DNA of 4,677 nucleotides from a virus (Monodnaviria; Loebvirae; Hofneiviricota; Faserviricetes; Tubulavirales; Inoviridae): IMG/VR virus record IMGVR_UViG_648276659_000011; one strand, 5' to 3'. Shown piece by piece: positions 1 to 4,677 of this stretch (position 1 is its first letter; each line of letters starts with the position of its first letter). The notes under the pieces were generated by a model. It saw only the letters and a program-made list of their open reading frames with translations, ran no database searches and was not told where the DNA came from. The position numbers and the translations under genes were made by a program.

Positions 1-82
1 TTGACTTTATTTAATTCAAGCTCTGACCCTGCGAAAGCACATGAAGAAAATAGTAGCGTTAATGCGAGTAAAATCTTTTTCA

Positions 83-1108
83 TTATTTTTTCCCCGTATA
101 AAGCGTCACACGCTCACCATCAATAATTCCGCTCATCAACATCCCTTTATAATTAAAACTGGATGCAGGAACGGCACGCAAAACACCGGCACCGTTAACA
201 AGAATCACAAACGCCCTGCCTTCACTGGTCATTCTCCCTGATATACGCCACTCGGTTGAAAGTGACGGTTCAGCTGGTTCTGAGGGAGTATCTGGTGCAG
301 GAGTAGCAGCGGAAGAACGAAACATGGCCGCATCACGTACATCTGTTGTAGCCAAATCTGGCGAGGGATCGCTTCGGCCAAACGTGCTGAAAAATGAGTA
401 AATCAGCCAGCCTGACCCGATAAACATCAATGGAAAAAGCACAAGAAAGAACCTGACTTTGCCAGAATTCCAGATGCTCTGGCGTTTATCTGTCTGCTTT
501 TCATTACCGTTATTTCCTTCATAGCTTTTATAAAGTTCAAAAATATCAGGGTTATATTTATTGCGATAACTGGTGACGAGGTTGCTTTTATAGATTTTGT
601 GGCCTGAATATACGTCAATGCAGTAATGATTATTCAGGCCCAACGCTTTCAGCTTGCGCATCCGGTAAGTTGTTTCTATTTTGTCTTTCAGAAAGCGAGC
701 AATATTAGAAAGTGACTGATTTACAATAACCAAATCACAGCTAATACCCGTTTCAGGGTGCGTAAAATGACGATGTTCAGCAATAAATGATTTCTTCTCA
801 GCCGTCATATCCTTATCGCTACCGAAGATTCGCCATGCTTCATCAATAACAATTAAATCACCAAACTGGCAAAAGCTCCCTTCCCCACCTTTAAAAGGAA
901 AGAAATCTGCTTTAAGTACATCATCATTATCCACAACAATAATTTCTCCCGTTGCATCAGGATAACGTTCGGTGATTTTATCTTTTTGTAAACCATAAAT
1001 GTTCGTCACAACTCTCCGGCCGCTGGTAAATGCAGGAATAATGACATTGCAAACGGCTTCATAACTTTTTCCTGAGCCGGGTATGCCAATATATGCAGAA
1101 ATAGCCAT
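83..1108 (-). CDS. zot: pI / Zot-family phage assembly ATPase (zonula occludens toxin-like)
   Basis: 341 aa. N-terminal Walker A 'GIPGSGKSY', Walker B-like 'LIVIDEAW', 'SGRRVVTNIYGL' resembling the Zot/pI N-domain, one TM segment ('FFLVLFPLMFIGSGWLIYSFF') and a Pro/Ser/Thr/Ala-rich C-terminal domain. ATG at 1108 lies 3 nt after the pVI stop. Confidence 0.9.
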   Translation of the reverse strand: MAISAYIGIPGSGKSYEAVCNVIIPAFTSGRRVVTNIYGLQKDKITERYPDATGEIIVVDNDDVLKADFFPFKGGEGSFCQFGDLIVIDEAWRIFGSDKDMTAEKKSFIAEHRHFTHPETGISCDLVIVNQSLSNIARFLKDKIETTYRMRKLKALGLNNHYCIDVYSGHKIYKSNLVTSYRNKYNPDIFELYKSYEGNNGNEKQTDKRQSIWNSGKVRFFLVLFPLMFIGSGWLIYSFFSTFGRSDPSPDLATTDVRDAAMFRSSAATPAPDTPSEPAEPSLSTEWRISGRMTSEGRAFVILVNGAGVLRAVPASSFNYKGMLMSGIIDGERVTLYTGKK

Positions 1109-1111
1109 AAC

Positions 1112-1399
1112 TCACCCTATAACAGGAATACGTCGAATAATAAAACGAGTAGCCATTGAGGAGATAATCATACTAATCCCCTGTGGTAATTTACTCAGGT
1201 TAATGAAGTACCAGAATCCGTCTGATAAATTGGCAAACAGCGATGAGAGATTGCTTGAATCTGGCAGTAACTCAACAAGGATTTCAACGAAGCCCTGGAC
1301 TACAAAATACAGCGCAAAGAATACGACGAATTTAATAATCAATGACCGGAATACAAAACCTAACAAAGTATTTAATGCACTAATCAGAATCCCAAACAT
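1112..1399 (-). CDS. pVI-like minor coat / virion-end protein
   Basis: 95 aa, very hydrophobic, sitting between pIII and pI as in Ff (gVI) and CTXphi (ace). Strong RBS AAAGGAG 7 nt upstream of the ATG; tight spacing to both neighbours. Confidence 0.7.
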   Translation of the reverse strand: MFGILISALNTLLGFVFRSLIIKFVVFFALYFVVQGFVEILVELLPDSSNLSSLFANLSDGFWYFINLSKLPQGISMIISSMATRFIIRRIPVIG

Positions 1400-1411
1400 A
1401 GTTGCACTCCT

Positions 1412-2866
1412 TTAGGCACTCAGAATAATACGGAGCGCAACAAATCCCCATATAATCAGAAATATGGTTTCTACGGCGCTTCTGTTCTGCTCAATTAACG
1501 GACAATGGGAGTCAATTCTGTACTGGTGATTAAACACGCTGAATTCAATAACGGGGCAGGATGCTGAACGAGAGCCGATGTTAAATTCGTTTGTAAAAGG
1601 CAACAAGTTAATAATTGGCGTTAAAATATCTCTTGCCGTTGGCGTTTCTTCAAGCTCAGGCTCTTTTACACCGGGATCTTCTCCCAAATCTATATTGCCA
1701 TTATTTCCAGTGTCAGATCCTGAGTTGTTATTAATGGTAATATCAATATTGACGTCAGCCCCTGCACTGTCAGATACAGGTGAAAGCATATCTAATAACG
1801 TTGGAGATAGCCTAAGTTCCGACATCGCAGAAGTTACTTCAGCCGGTGAAACCTCTTTAAACGGTAAGCCGTTATAATCGGCATTAACGGCAGCTTCAGA
1901 CCACAGCTCGTTAATCATGTCGGCAAGAAGTGCTGGCGATACACTAACACTATCAAGATACTCCAGATAATCAATCATGGACTCAATATTTCCGGCCTCC
2001 AGTACTTCCGTCATGGCTTTATATTTGGTATTGGTCCAGATAGTAAGCTCACTCTTTTCATCAATATCTTTTGCGGTGTAATCCTCTTTTTCAGGAACGG
2101 CGCAAATCGTCGAATATCCACCATTTGACTGATTAGTCGTTTTACAAGGCGTGTTGTGATACTGATATTGCTTTCCTGCTGTTAAATAAGCAACGCTGTA
2201 ATACATGGGAAGCCCTGCTACATTTTCATACATGGGAATACCTGCGGGAAATGAAGATGCGGCCGGGTTGCTATACAAGTGTGTAATCTCAGGTATTTCA
2301 TAAAATGAGGAAGGATAAGTAAACTTATAATTCTGTTCAGTAAAGGATACATCTCCATTACTGTTGACAACTTTATTCGTCACAGTGCGTTCAAAATTCG
2401 TTAGTGTTTCAGTATAAGTACGCGAGTTATAGTCATTAAGATAATTTCTGGCAATTTCAGTTGGATTATCACCATAGTAATAAATTAGCTCTTTCGAATC
2501 CTGATAATAATAAAGCGCATTATCTGGCGTGGAATATCCTGTTTCAACACCTACAACTGGAGAACCCGCATCCACATTATTACGACTAACATGAAGGATT
2601 ACCGGACTTAATTCCTGTGGTTCAAAATTAACGGTTATCGTCTTACTTTCACCACTTTGACCACTGTACGTTACTTCATATAAATTATCGGAAATCTTTT
2701 TACCGTTAGTCATTACCATTACCGAGCCGTCAGATGAACTCAAAGAAGACGGAACAAAAGATGATACAGCAGCAGCAATACCCGCCCACGTTGTGACCTT
2801 GCAAAAACTTTGACGGATTGCCGTCAATATAGAGATGTGTTGCCCGACCTTCGCCATCAGATCCAA
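1412..2866 (-). CDS. pIII-like adsorption / minor coat protein; N-terminal boundary uncertain
   Basis: 484-aa ORF with a Gly/Asn/Ser-rich linker ('NNNSGSDTGNNGNIDLGEDPG') and a C-terminal region 'CPVIEFSVF...ETIFLIIWGFVALRIIL' matching the pIII membrane-anchor pattern. The ORF-track start at 2866 is a TTG; the first ATG is at 2857. The first ~26 codons overlap the gII remnant in another frame. Confidence 0.8.
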   Translation of the reverse strand: MDLMAKVGQHISILTAIRQSFCKVTTWAGIAAAVSSFVPSSLSSSDGSVMVMTNGKKISDNLYEVTYSGQSGESKTITVNFEPQELSPVILHVSRNNVDAGSPVVGVETGYSTPDNALYYYQDSKELIYYYGDNPTEIARNYLNDYNSRTYTETLTNFERTVTNKVVNSNGDVSFTEQNYKFTYPSSFYEIPEITHLYSNPAASSFPAGIPMYENVAGLPMYYSVAYLTAGKQYQYHNTPCKTTNQSNGGYSTICAVPEKEDYTAKDIDEKSELTIWTNTKYKAMTEVLEAGNIESMIDYLEYLDSVSVSPALLADMINELWSEAAVNADYNGLPFKEVSPAEVTSAMSELRLSPTLLDMLSPVSDSAGADVNIDITINNNSGSDTGNNGNIDLGEDPGVKEPELEETPTARDILTPIINLLPFTNEFNIGSRSASCPVIEFSVFNHQYRIDSHCPLIEQNRSAVETIFLIIWGFVALRIILSA

Positions 2867-3023
2867 CAGATCTTACTTTCATAGTGGATTCATACGAACC
2901 GCGAACGGTCAACCGTTTTACTGTTTCCCACTCCACTGCACCGTCAGCATCAACGCTGACGACACTACCAGCCGGTAATGGTCGGTGTATGCAAGGTAGG
3001 ATCCCGGTAAACCAGTCAATCAT
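2730..3023 (-). pseudogene. N-terminal remnant of a gII-family (rolling-circle) replication initiator; homology ends near 2787
   Basis: Translation begins 'MIDWFTGILP...' and contains 'NPSKFLQGHNV', paralleling Ff gII 'MIDMLVLRLPFID...ASPAKVLQGHNVFG' (recalled from memory). After GHNV the frame runs into 'GGYCCCCIIFC...' and stops, while pIII is read in a different frame over the same bases. RBS GAGG upstream of the ATG at 3023. Confidence 0.6.
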
Positions 3024-3190
3024 GTATCGCCTCAGAGAACAATTTTGTGACCAGAAAGCCTGTCAAGAGCTTATTAGTACCAATTCAGTCACACAAATGT
3101 ACCACCCAAGATCTTACCTCTCAAGTGATTTTGTACTGGATAAGTGACATATTTGTTCTTTTGAAATGGAGCAAAAAAGTAGGATATAGA
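3024..3190. promoter_or_regulatory. Divergent intergenic control region between the rep remnant and the HTH regulator gene
   Basis: 167 bp between divergent start codons. Perfect -35 hexamer TTGACA on the minus strand (3066..3061) but only weak -10 candidates. Repeated TTTTGT(G)AC-like motifs at 3043-3051, 3129-3136, 3151-3157 and inverted at 3088-3097. Confidence 0.4.
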
Positions 3191-3643
3191 ATGAGCAACA
3201 ACTTCAACAGTAATGGCTACCCGGAAGAAATGGCAGAAGACATAGACTTACAGCGGGCAGAAAGGATAAAAAAAGCGATCCTAAGCAAATTCACATACGA
3301 AAGGATGGAAGAACTGTCTGGCATCAACATTGGCACACTGAAACGGATCGCAAACGCACAGAGGGATGCGAAAATCAGTGAGCTGGAAAAAATTGCTGAA
3401 ATCACTCAGACAGACATATTTGAACTGATTTTTGGCTCCAGTAGCAGTGATATCTACGATTCCAGCAAACGCTTCTTTGAGACGAGAAGTAAAGATGCGG
3501 CTCAGGCGGCTCAATTCATCATCTACAATCTTCGTACCCTTGATGATGAGGACATCCTTTGTTTGGGGAGGGTTTCGAGTGCCTTGCAAACAGCAACAAC
3601 ATCAAGAAAATGGGATGAGCTTTTCGGGAAGAAGAAAGGCTGA
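3191..3643 (+). CDS. XRE/Cro-C1-type helix-turn-helix transcriptional regulator (candidate prophage repressor)
   Basis: 150 aa from the ATG at 3191, with RBS AGGA 6 nt upstream. HTH_XRE-like segment 'TYERMEELSGINIGTLKRIANAQRDAKISELEKIAEITQTDIFELI'. Divergent from the replication gene, as for rstR-rstA in CTXphi. The 3047 start in the ORF track would leave only 23 bp for the divergent promoters. Confidence 0.75.
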   Translation: MSNNFNSNGYPEEMAEDIDLQRAERIKKAILSKFTYERMEELSGINIGTLKRIANAQRDAKISELEKIAEITQTDIFELIFGSSSSDIYDSSKRFFETRSKDAAQAAQFIIYNLRTLDDEDILCLGRVSSALQTATTSRKWDELFGKKKG

Positions 3644-3689
3644 GTCTCAGAAATGAGACAAACGTGCAGTATTACCAACACTGCACGTT
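3644..3689 (+). promoter_or_regulatory. Two adjacent hairpins / inverted repeats downstream of the HTH gene
   Basis: GTCTCA-GAAA-TGAGAC (3644-3659; 6-bp stem, GNRA loop), then a perfect 10-bp inverted repeat AACGTGCAGT-N9-ACTGCACGTT (3661-3689). No T-tract directly after; TTTTT sits 14 nt downstream at 3703-3707. Confidence 0.45.
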
Positions 3690-3727
3690 CTGGATTGAGC
3701 GATTTTTAAACACCAGAAAAAGGGTAA

Positions 3728-4126
3728 ATGATGAACAAAACAGTGTATGTACCAAGCTACTTCCAGCCTATCTACAAAGAAGTAACCATCAAAGTTCCTA
3801 CCGGAAACACAAAACGATTCCTGGGTCTCATCGACATTGAAGAAAAAATCCGAAAAAGAGAAGTTATTCAGGATGGCTGGTCTGATTGCCAGATTGACGG
3901 GGAAAGACTCAATGAAGATGTTGGTCGAGCCATTAATAAACTTAATCGGGAAGGGTATGAGGTTATTTCAATAACCCCTGCTACCTCAGGAAGCTGGGCT
4001 TATAAATATAAACAAAACAGTATTCGTAATGGAAACGGTGATGGCAGTTATGGATATGGTTACGGTTATTCATACACCGAAGGCGTTATGATTCTGGCAA
4101 AGAAAATTGAGAAAGAGGACGTCTGA
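3728..4126 (+). CDS. Hypothetical soluble protein with a Gly-Tyr repeat; possible DUF4177-like core
   Basis: 132 aa, RBS AAGGG upstream. No TM segment or signal peptide. 'REGYEVISI...TEGVMILAKKIE' is reminiscent of DUF4177 proteins (from memory, weak). Low-complexity insert 'NGNGDGSYGYGYGYSYTEG' at 4028-4084. Stop lies 2 nt before the next start. Confidence 0.6.
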   Translation: MMNKTVYVPSYFQPIYKEVTIKVPTGNTKRFLGLIDIEEKIRKREVIQDGWSDCQIDGERLNEDVGRAINKLNREGYEVISITPATSGSWAYKYKQNSIRNGNGDGSYGYGYGYSYTEGVMILAKKIEKEDV

Positions 4127-4128
4127 TA

Positions 4129-4491
4129 ATGGATTTTATCCGTAAAACTTTGGGTGGATTAAAAGCAAGTTATTATATCCGTCACTTCGTTTTTGGTGCA
4201 TTAATTTCAACTTTCTTTATTTACATGTCAATGCAAAATCCTGGAGGGGTGAAGGTTGAAAATATAATTTTCTTTTTTATCAATGCGTTACTCTACCCTT
4301 ACGCAAGATTTGTATATGAGCAAATCATTGGGTTCATCATGGGTGAAAATGTCTTTTTCATCAACGTCATAGTGATGCTAACTGCCAAGATAATTACGAT
4401 GTGTTTATGCTGGATATTTTCAGTATTCATAGCGCCAGTTGGATTGATATATCTCTACTATTATCATTCAAAAGCTGATAAACAATTATAG
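4129..4491 (+). CDS. Small integral membrane protein resembling colicin E1-family pore-forming-colicin immunity proteins
   Basis: 120 aa with three or four hydrophobic helices. 'YYIRHFVFG' and 'LLYPYARFVYEQIIGF' parallel 'YYIKNILFG' and 'ILCPYSKYAIEYIAF' of the ColE1 immunity protein as I recall it. Strong RBS AGAGGA 9 nt upstream; translationally coupled to the upstream gene. Confidence 0.6.
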   Translation: MDFIRKTLGGLKASYYIRHFVFGALISTFFIYMSMQNPGGVKVENIIFFFINALLYPYARFVYEQIIGFIMGENVFFINVIVMLTAKIITMCLCWIFSVFIAPVGLIYLYYYHSKADKQL

Positions 4492-4502
4492 AGGAAAATA
4501 AT

Positions 4503-4571
4503 ATGAGCATGGAAACAGGGGTTGCTATTATTATCTTGCTTGTGATTGTTGGTAAACTTATAGGACTTTAA
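4503..4571 (+). CDS. Candidate small hydrophobic peptide (22 aa), below the ORF-track length cutoff
   Basis: ATG at 4503 preceded by GAGGA at 4491-4495 (7-nt spacing), overlapping the upstream stop. Translation MSMETGVAIIILLVIVGKLIGL is a single TM-like helix. Ends 10 nt before the att region. Confidence 0.35.
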   Translation: MSMETGVAIIILLVIVGKLIGL

Positions 4572-4580
4572 CATAAAACT

Positions 4581-4607
4581 GGTTCGCACAATGACGTTAT
4601 GTGTAAA
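4581..4607 (+). other. Degenerate dif-like Xer site (inner copy): XerC-like arm, short central region, XerD-like arm
   Basis: GGTTCGCACAA (9/11 to E. coli dif XerC arm GGTGCGCATAA), TGACG, TTATGTGTAAA (8/11 to XerD arm TTATGTTAAAT). Inverted relative to the outer site. Confidence 0.5.
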
Positions 4608-4609
4608 AA

Positions 4610-4640
4610 GGCCGCTGCGGGAGACATTTTAGCAGCGACC
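4610..4640. terminator. GC-rich stem-loop between the two dif-like sites; possible bidirectional terminator and/or distal stem of a folded attP hairpin
   Basis: GGCCGCTGC (4610-4618) pairs with GCAGCGACC (4632-4640) with one mismatch, 13-nt loop. Flanked by AAAAA upstream and TTTT downstream. Confidence 0.45.
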
Positions 4641-4641
4641 T

Positions 4642-4674
4642 TTTCAACATAACGAGTCGTACATTATGCGCACC
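4642..4674 (-). other. dif-like Xer recombination site (outer copy) with an exact E. coli-type XerC arm; candidate att/junction
   Basis: Minus strand reads GGTGCGCATAA (11/11 to E. coli dif XerC arm), TGTACGACTCG (11-nt central region instead of 6), TTATGTTGAAA (9/11 to XerD arm). Only 3 nt of the window remain beyond it. Confidence 0.65.
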
Positions 4675-4677
4675 AAT

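Larger units (their letters stand above)
1..4677. mobile_element. Segment of an integrated filamentous (inovirus-type) prophage / Xer-exploiting integrative element; phage genes on the minus strand, att region at the right edge, element continues past the left edge
   Basis: Gene order pIII-pVI-pI(Zot) with 3-12 nt intergenic gaps, gII-like remnant, divergent HTH regulator, and two inverted dif-like sites at 4581-4674. GC about 33-40% over most of the window. Confidence 0.75.

Noticed and set aside
41-241. 66-aa plus-strand ORF with a signal-peptide-like start (MKKIVALMRV...)
   Set aside because: Lies mostly antisense to the 3' end of the well-supported pI/Zot gene, has no convincing RBS and arbitrary composition; most likely a chance ORF in AT-rich sequence.
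427-618. 63-aa minus-strand ORF inside pI in another frame
   Set aside because: Fully nested in the pI coding region, out of frame; no independent support.
1083-1415. 110-aa plus-strand ORF
   Set aside because: Antisense to the whole pVI gene and the pVI/pI junction; the minus-strand genes have RBSs and coupled spacing, this ORF does not.
1578-1877. 99-aa plus-strand ORF
   Set aside because: Antisense to the Gly/Ser-rich linker region of pIII; its low-complexity translation mirrors the repetitive sense strand.
2884-3147. 87-aa plus-strand ORF
   Set aside because: Overlaps the rep remnant on the opposite strand and the divergent control region; no RBS and no recognisable motifs.
3047-3190. 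Upstream extension of the HTH regulator ORF to the ATG at 3047 (198-aa version)
   Set aside because: Would leave only 23 bp between divergent start codons and lacks an RBS, whereas the ATG at 3191 has AGGA at ideal spacing. The extension translation has no recognisable features.
3217-3656. Three ORFs nested in the HTH gene (3217..3405 minus, 3281..3589 minus, 3432..3656 plus)
   Set aside because: All overlap the HTH_XRE coding sequence in other frames or on the opposite strand with no start signals; treated as noise.
4610-4645. Reading the stem-loop purely as a rho-independent terminator
   Set aside because: Not fully rejected, but its position exactly between two inverted dif-like sites that can pair with each other makes a role in a folded attP hairpin at least as likely. 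The loop is long (13 nt) and the stem has a mismatch.
4666-4677. ATG at 4666 (ATGCGCACCAAT) as the start of a further plus-strand gene
   Set aside because: The ATG lies inside the XerC-binding arm of the dif-like site and has no RBS; the remaining window is too short to evaluate.
1-4677. CRISPR arrays, tRNA/rRNA genes, insertion-sequence inverted repeats
   Set aside because: No regularly spaced direct repeats, no cloverleaf-like or rRNA-like conserved segments and no transposase-like ORF were seen. The only structured repeats are the dif-like sites and the hairpins already described.

Overview
This window reads as the end of an integrated filamentous (Inoviridae-type) prophage, probably in an enterobacterial host. 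On the minus strand is a compact morphogenesis block in canonical Ff/CTXphi order: pIII-like adsorption protein (1412..2866), pVI-like minor coat protein (1112..1399) and a pI/Zot-family assembly ATPase (83..1108). Directly upstream of pIII lies only an N-terminal remnant of a gII-family replication initiator (2730..3023), fused out of frame to pIII, so the genes normally between them (ssDNA-binding and major/minor coat proteins) are absent and the element looks defective. Divergent from this remnant, on the plus strand, is an operon of an XRE-type HTH regulator (3191..3643), a 132-aa protein of unknown function with a Gly-Tyr repeat (3728..4126), a 120-aa membrane protein that resembles colicin E1-type immunity proteins (4129..4491), and an unannotated 22-aa hydrophobic ORF (4503..4571). 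The window ends in two inverted dif-like XerC/XerD sites (4581..4607 and 4642..4674) flanking a GC-rich stem-loop, the architecture expected for a CTXphi-like folded attP. The outer XerC arm is identical to the E. coli dif XerC arm. The most interesting candidate is the repressor-linked accessory cassette, which could be a phage-borne immunity or exclusion module. All assignments come from reading motifs and gene order; no database search was run.
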